A DNA stretch of 64,000 nucleotides from Myxococcales bacterium (lineage in GTDB: Bacteria; Myxococcota_A; Polyangia; Polyangiales; DASUME01), in contig JASGJH010000001.1 in the NCBI GenBank assembly GCA_047601445.1, positions 8,416,001-8,480,000 of the forward strand. The letters run 5' to 3'. The position numbers and the translations under genes are program-made. This document shows positions 39,425 through 49,957 of the stretch, piece by piece (positions within the stretch are counted from its first letter, which is position 1; every line of letters starts with the position of its first letter). Below the pieces are notes generated by a model, which ran no database searches, had not been told where the DNA came from, and saw nothing but the letters and a program-made list of their open reading frames with translations.

Positions 39425-42367
39425 ATGAAGAAGTACCGAAACGGTGCAAAATCATTCATTGCCGCGTGCTTCGTGCTCTCGGCTGCCGGTTGCGGAGACG
39501 ACGCTAGCAACGCCGAGGTCGGTGGCCAGGAGCAGGCCCTGACGGCCGTGCCGCAGCCCAGTAGGCCCTACACGTTGTTCGAAAGTCTGCAGGTGCGTCC
39601 GCTCGCGCTCTCTCCCAATGGCAAGTTCTTGTTCGCTGCCAACACCGCGGACAATCGCCTCGAGATGTTCAGCGTCAGCGCGAGTGGCCTCAGCCCCGCT
39701 GGCTCGGTCAGCGTGGGCCTCGAACCGGTCGCAGTGGCAGCACGCAGCGATAGTGAGATCTGGGTCGTCAATCATCTCTCGGACTCGGTGAGCGTGGTCA
39801 AGCTCGAGGCCGGCAACAAGCTGCGCGTCGTGCGCACGCTGCACGTGGGCGACGAGCCGCGCGATATCGTGTTCGCCGGACCGGGCAAGAGTCGTGCGTT
39901 CATCACCACGGCCCATCGCGGACAGAACGGCGATGACCCTCAGTTGTTCGACTCTGCCGCGGGTCGCGCGGACGTTTGGGTCTACGATGCCAACAACCTC
40001 GGCATCGCTGCAGGTGGCAGTCGACTCACCAAGATCACCTTGTTCGCAGACACGCCACGTGCCCTCGCTGCGAGCGCAGACGGGTCGCGGGTCTATGCGG
40101 CCCCCTTCTTCTCGGGCAACCAGACCACCATGGCCTCCAAGGATGCCGTGCGTCACGTCTACGCGAGCTCGGTCAATCCCGCCAATCCCAACGTCTTCCT
40201 CGTCAATGGACAACCCACGCCCATCACCGGCCGCGTCGTGAAGTACAAGGCGGGTCCGGATGGGCAGTTCCACTGGTTCGATGACCTGGGCACCAATTTC
40301 GACGCCTGGGTGCGCGTCCAGCTACCGGACAACGACGTATTCAGTATCGACGCCAATGCGCTGATCCCCTACGCGATCACCAACAAGACCTTCGCGCACC
40401 TCGGCACCACCCTGTTCAACATGGCCGTCAATCCGGTGAACGGGAAGGTGTACGTGGCCAACACCGAGGCGCACAACGACGTGCGCTTCGAGGGGCACAA
40501 CCCGACCCTGCCGGTGACGTCGGTGCGCGGCCGCACGGTCGACAGTCGCATCAGCGTGCTCGACCCCGGGACGGGCGGCGTGGTGCACAACGACCTGAAC
40601 CGCCATGTGGTGAACGGCGTGGGCGATGGCAGCCTGAGCCGTGCGTTCCCGCAGGATCTCGGCGTCACTTCGAACGGGCAGACGTTGGTGGTGGTGGCCC
40701 AAGGTAGCGGCAAGCTCGCCGTCTATGCCACCAGCGAGCTCGAAGCTGGCACCGCGATGCCGACCGCCAGCAACCAGGTGGTGCTCTCGGCCGGCGGTCC
40801 GGCCGGTGTCGTGCTCGACGAGCGCAACAACCGCGCCTACGTGTTGACCCGTTTCGACAACGGTATCTCCACGGTCAGCCTCGCATCACGCAGCGAAATC
40901 GCTCACCGACGCATGTTCAGCCCGGAGCCGGCCGTGGTCACAGAGGGCCGGCGCTTCCTCTACGATGCAGCCTTCACCTCGGAGAACGGCACCCAAGCCT
41001 GCGCCAGCTGCCACATCGGCGGTGACAACGATCAGCTCTCCTGGGACCTCGGAAACCCTGGCGGCGCGGGCAACGAGATCACCAAGCTCGCGGCGAACAA
41101 GAGCGTCATTTGGACCGCGCCGCCCGAGGTCATCTTGCAGACTCGCCCGCTCGCCGGGCCCATCTTCGAGCGCGCCGCCGCGCTCAAGGGGCCGATGAGC
41201 ACCCAGAGCCTGCGCGGTCTCGACAATCACGGGTCCATGCACTGGCGAGGCGATCGCAACGGCGCCATCCAGCAGAACGGACAGCCCTTCATCGATCCAG
41301 GCACGGGGCAACCCGTGGTGTCCGCGCAACCGAACGCGGGCATCTTCGACGAGTTCCGCGCCTTCGAGTCGTTCAACGTGGCCTTCCCCGGCCTGGTGGG
41401 TCGCAACGCCGAGCTCAGTTCCGCCGACATGGCCGCGTTCGCGGCCTTCGCGCTGGAGATCAGCTATCCGCCGAACCCCATTCGCAACCTGGACGACTCG
41501 CTGACGCTGGAGCAGGAGTACGGGCGTAGCGTGTACTTCCAGACCGATGCCCAGGGCAACGAGCTTCCGGTCGATCGCCTGCACAACTGCAACGGCTGCC
41601 ACACGCTCGACCGCAACGGCAACGCAGGTCAGACCGATCATCCCGGTTTCTTCGGCACCAGTGGGCGGCTCTCCTTCGAGAACTTGCCGCAGATCTTCAA
41701 GGTCGCGCACTTCCGCAACGCCTACACGAAGGTCGGCATGTTCGGCTCCTCGCCTGACGAAAACCGCACCTTCACCACCCAAGACCTGCTCAATCCGGCG
41801 GTCACCGCGGTGCGTGGCTTCGGCTATCAACCGGACGGCGCGGTGGGCTCCATCGAGCACCACCTCACGGGCAAAGTCTTCATCCGCACGGACTTCGAGA
41901 TCGAAGGCGCATCGCCGAATCCAGGCGGCATTCCCACCTTCTATTTCGACGCCGACAAGAACCCGGTGCTGCCGGACCCCGGGGGCTTCGTGGTGCGCCG
42001 CGGCCTCGCCGCATTCCTGCTCGCCTACGACAGCAACGTGCGACCCATCGTGGGGCAGCAGATCACGCTCAACCTGTTTAGCGCTGTGGCAGCGGGCGTG
42101 CGTATCGATCTGCTCAAGGCGCGCGCCCAGGCGGGTGACTGCGATCTGATCGTCAAGGGCATGATCAACGGGCGCGAGCGTGGCTATGTCTTCGAGAACG
42201 GCAAGTTCCGCCCGGACGACAGCAGCTCGCCCATCACGGACCTGCAGCTGCGGGCCATGGTGCCGCTGGCTACCGACGCGCTCACGTACACGTGCGTGCC
42301 GCCGGGCACCGGCTACCGCGTCGGCATCGACCGCGATGCGGACGGCATCGCAGACGGCAACGAGTGA
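39425..42367 (+). CDS. Lipoprotein: YncE/YVTN beta-propeller fused to a di-heme cytochrome c peroxidase-like domain
   Basis: GGAG RBS, lipobox AAGC, propeller repeats (VGLEPVAV, VVNHLSDSVSV, VGDEPRDI), CASCH and CNGCH, MHWRGDR, C-terminal DRDADG. Confidence 0.85.
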   Translation: MKKYRNGAKSFIAACFVLSAAGCGDDASNAEVGGQEQALTAVPQPSRPYTLFESLQVRPLALSPNGKFLFAANTADNRLEMFSVSASGLSPAGSVSVGLEPVAVAARSDSEIWVVNHLSDSVSVVKLEAGNKLRVVRTLHVGDEPRDIVFAGPGKSRAFITTAHRGQNGDDPQLFDSAAGRADVWVYDANNLGIAAGGSRLTKITLFADTPRALAASADGSRVYAAPFFSGNQTTMASKDAVRHVYASSVNPANPNVFLVNGQPTPITGRVVKYKAGPDGQFHWFDDLGTNFDAWVRVQLPDNDVFSIDANALIPYAITNKTFAHLGTTLFNMAVNPVNGKVYVANTEAHNDVRFEGHNPTLPVTSVRGRTVDSRISVLDPGTGGVVHNDLNRHVVNGVGDGSLSRAFPQDLGVTSNGQTLVVVAQGSGKLAVYATSELEAGTAMPTASNQVVLSAGGPAGVVLDERNNRAYVLTRFDNGISTVSLASRSEIAHRRMFSPEPAVVTEGRRFLYDAAFTSENGTQACASCHIGGDNDQLSWDLGNPGGAGNEITKLAANKSVIWTAPPEVILQTRPLAGPIFERAAALKGPMSTQSLRGLDNHGSMHWRGDRNGAIQQNGQPFIDPGTGQPVVSAQPNAGIFDEFRAFESFNVAFPGLVGRNAELSSADMAAFAAFALEISYPPNPIRNLDDSLTLEQEYGRSVYFQTDAQGNELPVDRLHNCNGCHTLDRNGNAGQTDHPGFFGTSGRLSFENLPQIFKVAHFRNAYTKVGMFGSSPDENRTFTTQDLLNPAVTAVRGFGYQPDGAVGSIEHHLTGKVFIRTDFEIEGASPNPGGIPTFYFDADKNPVLPDPGGFVVRRGLAAFLLAYDSNVRPIVGQQITLNLFSAVAAGVRIDLLKARAQAGDCDLIVKGMINGRERGYVFENGKFRPDDSSSPITDLQLRAMVPLATDALTYTCVPPGTGYRVGIDRDADGIADGNE

Positions 42368-42687
42368 CTCTGCTGCATGCCCGTGACCTCGAGGACCTCG
42401 AGGTCGGGCACGTCACGAGGTGATGACGTTGCTGCGCACCGGGGCGCCGGCGAGTCCCTATCAGGACGCGTTCGTGGTGCGAACGTTCTGAGCGCGGCTG
42501 GGGAGCAAGGCTTGGCTCGCACGGCGACGTGCATCGTGCGCGGCACGGTTGGTACAAAGCGCCGCGGGGCGTACCTCTTGAAGCACCAGAATAGTCGATT
42601 CGAGCCCGTCCCACGGTAGCGGGAGTTCGGGCACGGGACGCCAAGGCGAGGTCGACACGTCACCCGCAGGTGCTTGGGATCGCTCGG

Positions 42688-42836
42688 TTTTAATATTAGT
42701 CGCTATAACGCTAAATGGGCGAGCCGCGTCGCCATGGGCGGACGTGTTCTTCTGCAGCGGTGCCATGGCTACGCGAGCTGCTTGGCAAGGGCCATTTTTA
42801 ATGTTAGTCGATGTGACATCAAATGAGCGAGCCGCG
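42688..42836 (+). promoter_or_regulatory. Duplicated ~41-bp AT-rich element (candidate TetR operator plus gene start)
   Basis: TTTTAATATTAGTCGCTATAACGCTAAATGGGCGAGCCGCG (42688-42728) versus TTTTAATGTTAGTCGATGTGACATCAAATGAGCGAGCCGCG (42796-42836). Confidence 0.7.
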
Positions 42837-43428
42837 CCCCTACAACATGAAGGCCCGCGCCGAGAGCGCGCAGGCGACGCATCTGAGCATCATCGCGGCG
42901 GCCGTTGCGCTGTTCATGGAGACGGACTGGGCCGACGTGAGCCTGGAGATGATCGCAGCGCGCGCGCAGGTGACGCTTCAGACTGTGCTGCGCCGCTTCG
43001 GTTCGAAGGCGGGGCTGTTCAGCGCCGCCGTCGAACAGGTCGCAGCCGAGGTGCAGAGCCTGCGCGTCCCCGCGCGCAAGGGCGATGCGCGCGCTGCCAT
43101 TCGTGCGCTCGTCGACTTGTACGAGAAATTCGGTGAGATGAACTGGCGCCTCTTGCGTCACGAAGCGCACGACCCAGCGCTGGCGGCCCTGCTCGATCGA
43201 GCGCGCTCGGTCCACCGCACGTGGCTGGAGGAGGTGTTCGATGTGCACCTGCCTGCGCGCGGAAAGGAGAGGGAGCGACGTCTCTCGCTGCTGTTCGCGG
43301 CGACCGATTTCTACGTATGGAAGCTTGCGCGCAAGGACCTAAAACGCAGTCGTGCCCAGGCAGAGCGAGTGATCTTCGAGCTAGTCGAAGCACTCCTGCA
43401 GCAGTTCGAGCTCAAGGAGGAGCCATGA
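42823..43428 (+). CDS. TetR-family transcriptional regulator
   Basis: N-terminal HTH (SLEMIAARAQVTLQTVLRRFGSK). Confidence 0.9.
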   Translation: MSEPRPYNMKARAESAQATHLSIIAAAVALFMETDWADVSLEMIAARAQVTLQTVLRRFGSKAGLFSAAVEQVAAEVQSLRVPARKGDARAAIRALVDLYEKFGEMNWRLLRHEAHDPALAALLDRARSVHRTWLEEVFDVHLPARGKERERRLSLLFAATDFYVWKLARKDLKRSRAQAERVIFELVEALLQQFELKEEP

Positions 43429-44696
43429 GGCGGCGGTTTCTGTTCGCATTGGTCGAGGGTGGAGGCAACGTGCCGCCCGTGCTCGGGTTGGCGCGACGCA
43501 TGGCGGCGCGTGGCCATCACGTGCGCGTGCTGGGCGACCCCGCGATTCTGCCCGACGCGCGCGCTTGGGGCCTCGAGTTTTCTCCCTTCGTCCACGCGCC
43601 GCACCAAAACCTGCGCAGCCTCGAGCACGATCGCCTGCGCGATTGGACGGCGCGCACGTCCATGGGGCAGCTCAAGCGCATCACGCAAGAAGTCATGTTC
43701 AGCCCGGCGCACAAGTACGCCCTCGACACACTGGCGGAGGTCGCACACTTCGAGCCCGACGTGGTGGTCGCCGACTACTGCATCCCGGGTGCCGCCATGG
43801 CAGCCGAGAAGGCGGGCGTGAAGTGCGCCGTGCTGGTGCACCATCCTTACCCCTTGCCGGCGCCGGGCGTGCCGCCGTTCGGCCTCGGACTCCGGCCAGG
43901 TCGCTCTCTGCTGAGTCGCTTGCGCGATGTGGTGCTGCGCGCATTCACCACGTTCTTCTTCAACAGGCTGGGCCTCGCACCCATCAATGCAGCGCGCAGC
44001 GCGCTCGGCTTGGAGCGCTTACACGTTGTGTTCGAACAGATGACACGCGTCCCGCGCGTGCTGGTCATGACCTCGCCCCGGTTCGACTTTGCCAGCCAGG
44101 GCGCGCTGCCCGCCTCCGTACGCTACGTGGGGCCCGCCCTGGACGATCCAGCCTGGACCGAGCCGTGTAAGTTGCTCGAAAACGCGAACGCGTCCGAGCG
44201 GCCGCTCGTGCTGGTTGGGCTCGGCTCAACGTTCCAAAACCAGAAAGCGCTGACTCAACGGGTCATCGACGCGCTCGGCGACCTGCCCGTGCGTGGCCTG
44301 GTGACGCTCGGCAACGTCTTTCAGCCTACTGAGTTTCATGCCGCTCCGAACGTGGAGGTCGTGCGCTCTGCGCCCCACGCTGCGCTGCTGCCTCACGCCC
44401 GCGTGGCGGTGGCCCACGGCGGACACGGTACCGTGATCAAAGCGCTCAGCGAGGGCGTTCCCGTGTTGTGCCTGCCGTTGGGGCGTGACCAGCATGACAA
44501 TGCCGCGCGCGTCACGCACGCTGGGGCTGGCCTGCACTTGAAGGCCACAGTGAGCACAGCGCGCATTCGGGCGGCTGTGGCGCGTCTTCTAGACGAACCC
44601 GCGTTTCGTACTTCGGCGCGAGAGCTCGCCCAGGAGATCAAGGCCTCGGTCGCCGAGGACCGTTGTGTGGGCCAGCTGGAAGAGTTGGCCAGTTAG
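43425..44696 (+). CDS. GT1 / MGT-like UDP-glycosyltransferase
   Basis: GGGNVPP, AHGGHGT..ALSEGVP.L.LP.GRDQHDNA. RBS and ATGA coupling to tetR. Confidence 0.9.
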   Translation: MRRRFLFALVEGGGNVPPVLGLARRMAARGHHVRVLGDPAILPDARAWGLEFSPFVHAPHQNLRSLEHDRLRDWTARTSMGQLKRITQEVMFSPAHKYALDTLAEVAHFEPDVVVADYCIPGAAMAAEKAGVKCAVLVHHPYPLPAPGVPPFGLGLRPGRSLLSRLRDVVLRAFTTFFFNRLGLAPINAARSALGLERLHVVFEQMTRVPRVLVMTSPRFDFASQGALPASVRYVGPALDDPAWTEPCKLLENANASERPLVLVGLGSTFQNQKALTQRVIDALGDLPVRGLVTLGNVFQPTEFHAAPNVEVVRSAPHAALLPHARVAVAHGGHGTVIKALSEGVPVLCLPLGRDQHDNAARVTHAGAGLHLKATVSTARIRAAVARLLDEPAFRTSARELAQEIKASVAEDRCVGQLEELAS

Positions 44697-44921
44697 GCGC
44701 AGTGCTGATCTCCAGGCATCCCGCGCGTCCACTGTAAACGGCGTGTTACGGCCCGCGGACAATGGCCGAGGATCTCCGAAGGGAGCAGCCCCCGACCTTT
44801 CCCGATAGCGGCGCGTCTATTATAAGAGACTCGATGCTGCGACCCGTGCGGAGGGCGCTTCCTTGGCCTGCTCGGTCAAGAGGGGAACTGGGTCCGCCGG
44901 TGAGCACAGCGAGGAGGAGAC

Positions 44922-46748
44922 ATGATGACCGCCGAACTTCGAGGGGGCCGACGAACGAGCTTGGTTTCGGCCACCGCAGCCCTGTTGGCCTTGGTGACGC
45001 TGAGTGCATGCGCGAGCACTCCCCCGCCCAAGAGCGTGGTCGCGGAACCCAACGTTGCGATCGAGAGGCTGCCTCGCCGGGTGACGCTCTCCGTGGTGAG
45101 CACCAACGATCTGCACGGGCGGCTGCACACGCTCCCCAGAATCGGGGGCTTCGTCGCCAATTTGCGGCGCGCTCGGGCCGCAGACGGCGGCGGGGTCATC
45201 TTGCTCGACGGTGGCGACACCTTTCAGGGCGAACTCGCGTCGAACCTGAACGAAGGCGCTGCCGTCGTCGATGCCTACAACCTGCTCGGCTACAGTGCGG
45301 CCGCGATCGGCAACCACGAGTTCGACTTCGGCCCCGTCGGTCCCTCGACCTTGGCTCGTGCGGGTGAGAATCCGCGCGGCGCGCTGATCGCACGCGCGGC
45401 CCAGGCCAAGTATCCGGTCTTGTCCTCCAATCTAGTCGACGCCGCCACGGGGCAAGCGTTCTCGGCTCCGAACATCGTGCCCTCGACCTTGCTCGACGTG
45501 GCAGGGGTGCGGGTGGGGCTGATCGGCGCGCTGACCATGGAGACCCCGCAATCGGTGCTGGCCTCCTTGTTCGAAGGCCTGAAGCTCAATCCGTTGCTGC
45601 CCTCCGTCACGCGCGAGGCCGAGAGCCTGCGTGCCCGCGGCGCAACCGTGGTCATCGTGGTCGCCCATGCCGGCGGACAGTGCACGTCCCTCGATAACCC
45701 CGACGATCTCTCGTCATGCCGAGGCGATAGCGAGATCTTCTCGCTGGCCAAGGGACTCTCGGTGGGGCTCGTGGACGCCATCGTCGCGGGACACACGCAC
45801 CAGAGGCTGGCCCACCGCGTGAACGGCATCCCCATCATCGAGGCCGGCGAGCACGGTCAAGCGCTGGCCCGGGTCGACCTTACAGTCGATGCCGAGACCG
45901 GGCGCGTGATCCGAGATCAGCTCCACATCCCGGTCGACGTCTGCCCCAGGAAAGACGAGCACGGCGCCTGCGATGCGGTCAGTTACGAGGACGCGCCGGT
46001 GGTGGACGATGCCCGTGTGTCGGCGCCAGTCGACGCGGCCCTGGCAGCGGTCGACCAGCTGCGCGAGGAAAAGCTCGGCGTCACCCTGACGGCTCCCTTC
46101 ACCAGGCCCCGTGGCGGCGAATCCGCGCTCTCGAACTTGGTGGCGGATCTGATGCGCAAAGCGCGCCCCCAGGCGGATGTCACGCTGGTCCACGCCGGCG
46201 CGCTACGAGCCGATCTGCCCGCAGGCCCGTTGCGCTACGGCTCCCTGTTCGAGATGTACCCGCGTGACAGCACGTTCGCGGTCGCCACCCTCACGGGGGC
46301 CCAGCTGACGGAGGCTCTGGTGGGCATCCTCACCGGCATCAACGGCTCCTTCGTCTCGATCTCGGGCGTACGCGCGACGGCTCGCTGCGAGGGCGAGCGT
46401 CTGGTCGTGAGCCTACGGCGTGAGAATGGCCGCCCGATTGGGTCCAACGAGTCACTGCGAGTGGCCACCAACAACGTGCTCGCGACGGGCGCCAAGGGGC
46501 CGCTGGCGGGACGGCCGTGGAGCGTGGAGGACGGTCCTCCCATTCGTGAAGAGCTAGCGCGTCTCCTGCGGAAGCAAGGCGGCAGCCTTTCGGCCACCGA
46601 CCCGGCGCTCTTCAATCCGGCGAAGCCGCGCGTGAGCTTGCCGTCTCCGGCGCCCCTTTTGTGCCCCACTCAAGGCGGCCCCGTGCCCGTGAGCGAGGGC
46701 GAGGATGCCAGGCCAATTCCCAGCGAGAAGGTCGCCGCGGGCGGCTGA
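44922..46748 (+). CDS. 5'-nucleotidase / metallophosphatase lipoprotein
   Basis: TNDLHG, GDTFQG, GNHEFD, GHTH, C-terminal 5'-nucleotidase domain, lipobox LSAC. Confidence 0.92.
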   Translation: MMTAELRGGRRTSLVSATAALLALVTLSACASTPPPKSVVAEPNVAIERLPRRVTLSVVSTNDLHGRLHTLPRIGGFVANLRRARAADGGGVILLDGGDTFQGELASNLNEGAAVVDAYNLLGYSAAAIGNHEFDFGPVGPSTLARAGENPRGALIARAAQAKYPVLSSNLVDAATGQAFSAPNIVPSTLLDVAGVRVGLIGALTMETPQSVLASLFEGLKLNPLLPSVTREAESLRARGATVVIVVAHAGGQCTSLDNPDDLSSCRGDSEIFSLAKGLSVGLVDAIVAGHTHQRLAHRVNGIPIIEAGEHGQALARVDLTVDAETGRVIRDQLHIPVDVCPRKDEHGACDAVSYEDAPVVDDARVSAPVDAALAAVDQLREEKLGVTLTAPFTRPRGGESALSNLVADLMRKARPQADVTLVHAGALRADLPAGPLRYGSLFEMYPRDSTFAVATLTGAQLTEALVGILTGINGSFVSISGVRATARCEGERLVVSLRRENGRPIGSNESLRVATNNVLATGAKGPLAGRPWSVEDGPPIREELARLLRKQGGSLSATDPALFNPAKPRVSLPSPAPLLCPTQGGPVPVSEGEDARPIPSEKVAAGG

Positions 46749-46793
46749 GTAGCAGCCTTTACTCGGGCGTGATGGGCACGCTACAAACCCGCC

Positions 46794-48701
46794 ATGACGG
46801 GGATCAAGGAGCTACGGGAGCGTTCGCTACGGGAGCCGGAGGCATTCTGGCTCGAGGCCGCGCAGGTCCTCGACTGGGAGAGGGCGCCCCGGCAGGCGCT
46901 CGATGCGAGCAACCCGCCGTTCTACCGCTGGTTTCCCGACGCGACGCTCAACACCTGCCACAACGCGCTCGACCGGCACGTGGAGCGAGGACGCGGTGAG
47001 CAGCTCGCCCTGATCCATGACTCCCCCGTCACCGGCCAGATCAACAAGTTCACGTTTCGAGAACTTCGAGACCTCACGGCGCGCTTCGCGGGGGTGCTGG
47101 CAGGGCAGGGGGTCACGCGCGGCGATCGCGTGATCATCTACATGCCCATGATCCCCGAGACGGTTATCGCCATGCTCGCGTGCGCGCGCCTCGGCGCGGT
47201 GCACTCCGTGGTGTTCGGTGGATTTGCCGCACCGGAGCTCGCGACGCGCATCGACGACGCGCAGCCGAAGGTGATCGTGGCGGCCTCTTGCGGTATCGAG
47301 GCGCAGCGGGTCGTGCCGTACAAGCCCTTGGTCGACGCTGCCATCGCGCTCGCCAAGCACAAGCCCGCGCGCTGCATCGTCAAGCAACGGCCTCAATGTG
47401 TGGCGAGCCTCGAAGCAGGCCGCGATCTCGCGTGGGACGACGAGATGAAGGTCGCGACGCCCCACGCCTGCGTAGCGGTGCAGGCCACCGACCCCCTCTA
47501 CATCCTCTACACCTCCGGCACCACGGGCCAACCCAAGGGCGTCGTGCGCGACAACGGCGGACATGCCGTGGCCCTGGCGTGGTCGATGCAGCACGTCTAC
47601 GGCGTCGCGCCAGGCGAGGTGTTCTGGGCCGCCTCCGACGTGGGCTGGGTCGTCGGTCACAGCTACATCGTCTATGGCCCCCTGCTCCATGGCAACACCA
47701 CCGTGCTCTTCGAGGGCAAGCCGGTCGGGACCCCGGACGCCGGCGCGTTCTGGCGCGTGATCGAGGCCCACGGCGTGTGCACCTTCTTCACCGCCCCCAC
47801 CGCCTTTCGCGCGATCAAGAAGGAAGACCCCGAGGGCAAGCTGCTCCACAAGTACGGCCGCTCGAAGCTCCGTGCCCTGTTTCTCGCAGGGGAGCGCTCC
47901 GATCCGGCCACGCTGGCGTGGGCCGAGCAACAGCTCCACGTGCCGGTGGTGGACCACTACTGGCAAACCGAGAGCGGCTGGCCCATGGTCGCCAACTGCC
48001 TGGGCATCGAGCGCCTCCCCGTCAAGCACGGATCCCCTACCGTGGCCGTCCCCGGCTACGACCTGCGCGTGCTCGACGACCAAGCGAACGAAGTGCCCGC
48101 GGGCACCATGGGCGCGCTGGCCCTGAAGCTGCCCTTGCCACCCGGCACCTTGCCCACTTTGTGGAACGCCGAGCAGCGCTTCGTCGACGCCTACCTGAAG
48201 GAGTTTCCGGGCTTCTACAAGACCGCCGACGCGGGCTACGTGGATGAAGAAGGTTACGTGTACGTCATGGCGCGCACCGATGACATCATCAACGTCGCGG
48301 GCCATCGCCTGTCCACCGGCGCGATGGAGGAAGTGCTCGCGAGCCATCCGGCGGTCGCCGAGTGTGCGGTGTTCGGTGTGGCCGACGAACTCAAGGGCGA
48401 ACTGCCTCTGGGGTTGTGCGTGCTGCGTGACGGCAGCAGCCACACGCCGGAGCAGGCGATGCGCGAGGTGGTGGAGCTCGTGCGCCAGGCCATCGGACCC
48501 GTGGCGAGCTTCAAACTCGTGACGGTGGTCAAGCGCTTGCCCAAGACGCGCTCCGGCAAAATCCTGCGCAGCACCATGAAGCACATCGCAGACGGCGAGC
48601 CCTACAAGACGCCCGCGACGATCGAGGACCCGGCGGTGCTCGACGAGATCGCGCAGGCGCTTGCGGGGCTTGGGTATGCGAAAGCGCGCGCTGGGCTGTA
48701 A
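46794..48701 (+). CDS. prpE: Propionyl-CoA synthetase
   Basis: YILYTSGTTGQPKG, RDNGGH, DHYWQTE, NVAGHRLST, LPKTRSGK. Confidence 0.88.
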   Translation: MTGIKELRERSLREPEAFWLEAAQVLDWERAPRQALDASNPPFYRWFPDATLNTCHNALDRHVERGRGEQLALIHDSPVTGQINKFTFRELRDLTARFAGVLAGQGVTRGDRVIIYMPMIPETVIAMLACARLGAVHSVVFGGFAAPELATRIDDAQPKVIVAASCGIEAQRVVPYKPLVDAAIALAKHKPARCIVKQRPQCVASLEAGRDLAWDDEMKVATPHACVAVQATDPLYILYTSGTTGQPKGVVRDNGGHAVALAWSMQHVYGVAPGEVFWAASDVGWVVGHSYIVYGPLLHGNTTVLFEGKPVGTPDAGAFWRVIEAHGVCTFFTAPTAFRAIKKEDPEGKLLHKYGRSKLRALFLAGERSDPATLAWAEQQLHVPVVDHYWQTESGWPMVANCLGIERLPVKHGSPTVAVPGYDLRVLDDQANEVPAGTMGALALKLPLPPGTLPTLWNAEQRFVDAYLKEFPGFYKTADAGYVDEEGYVYVMARTDDIINVAGHRLSTGAMEEVLASHPAVAECAVFGVADELKGELPLGLCVLRDGSSHTPEQAMREVVELVRQAIGPVASFKLVTVVKRLPKTRSGKILRSTMKHIADGEPYKTPATIEDPAVLDEIAQALAGLGYAKARAGL

Positions 48702-48864
48702 AAAGGCCAGGGCGATCTCTCGATCAGCGCGGCCTTACCTCGGATTGATATTCAGGCGAGAAGGCAACACTCAGGCCGAAGCTGAGTTCCTCGCGCGACT
48801 CGAGCAGTCCACCTTCCGACACGGGAAAGTCGACGATCCCGGTCTTCGTGAAGCTGCGTGACGT

Positions 48865-49809
48865 CTATTCCGCCAGCTGCAAGGCACTCTCCACCGCTCG
48901 TGGCGCCGTTCGAATCGCGGTCTCGAGTACGCCGAGGCGGCGTCGCGGGTCCATCAGATTGATGCCGAAGGCAGCGATGTCTTCGTTGCTGGGGTCGAGG
49001 CGGATCACGCGGATCTTCGCAGCCTGCAGAGCCTTCACTTCGCGATCGACGATGCGCGTCATGTGCATGCGGAGCGCCTCGGCGAAGGGGTTGCGGCGCG
49101 CGCCGCCGCTGGCAGGCTCGCGGGCGGCCATGGGGGCGAGCACGATGGCTTCGGTGATATCGCTTCCGAGCAGCAAGTCGGCCGAGGTCGGCGAGACCAC
49201 GCCACCGTCCACGTAGGTCCTCTCGCCGATGCGAATCGGGGTGTACCAGCCGGGCACCGCATAGGAGGCACTGACGGCGGAGCTGATGGACGCCAGCGGT
49301 GAGCCCGGCTTGCCGAACGCCACGCGCTCGCCCGAGTCCACGTCGGCGACCATGATCCACGTAGCCTTGTGAGAGACCCAGCGCTGCTCTGGAAGCACGC
49401 GCGCGAACAAACGCTCGAAGGAAGCAAAGCCCGCGCGTCCTTCGGGCAACAGTCCGGTGAACGCCGTGGCCAACGAGACGCGCCCACGCATCACACCCGA
49501 CCAGAATCTGGGCGCCGTGAAGCGAAGCGAGGGAACCGGCGGTCGGCCGCTGCCCCAATCACGCGCGTGGTCCCAACAGTCTGCTTCGAGTTCTCCGCGC
49601 TGGCTCTTCATGAGTTGTGATACGGAAACACCCGCACCGAGCAGCGCGGCCGCGAGTGCGCCGGCCGAGGTCCCGATGAGCACGTCGGCCTCCCGTGCGT
49701 CCCAACCGAGTACCCGTTCGAGCTCCGACAGCGTGGCAGTGGTCCAGGCCGCGCCCGCCACGCCGCCACAGCCGAGCACCAAAGCACGCTTCTTCGCTTT
49801 CGCTTCCAT
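48865..49809 (-). CDS. Patatin-like phospholipase
   Basis: GCGG oxyanion loop, GTSAG, DGG. Confidence 0.9.
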   Translation of the reverse strand: MEAKAKKRALVLGCGGVAGAAWTTATLSELERVLGWDAREADVLIGTSAGALAAALLGAGVSVSQLMKSQRGELEADCWDHARDWGSGRPPVPSLRFTAPRFWSGVMRGRVSLATAFTGLLPEGRAGFASFERLFARVLPEQRWVSHKATWIMVADVDSGERVAFGKPGSPLASISSAVSASYAVPGWYTPIRIGERTYVDGGVVSPTSADLLLGSDITEAIVLAPMAAREPASGGARRNPFAEALRMHMTRIVDREVKALQAAKIRVIRLDPSNEDIAAFGINLMDPRRRLGVLETAIRTAPRAVESALQLAE

Positions 49810-49889
49810 GGCCTGCTTGTAGCGGACACGGCGTCGTTCGTCCTGCCCTGCGCCCCGTGAGACTCACCCCAGCCTCGGGACTGGCAGTG

Positions 49890-49954
49890 TTGACGTGCGC
49901 GAACGCACCTCGGTATCGTGTCCCTCTGGTCTGGAACAAGCCAGACCTCGGAGG
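49890..49954 (+). promoter_or_regulatory. Sigma-70-like promoter, leader hairpin and RBS for the small ORF
   Basis: TTGACG-N18-TATCGT, GGTCTGG-AACAAG-CCAGACC hairpin, GGAGG at 49950-49954. Confidence 0.55.
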
Positions 49955-49957
49955 ACC

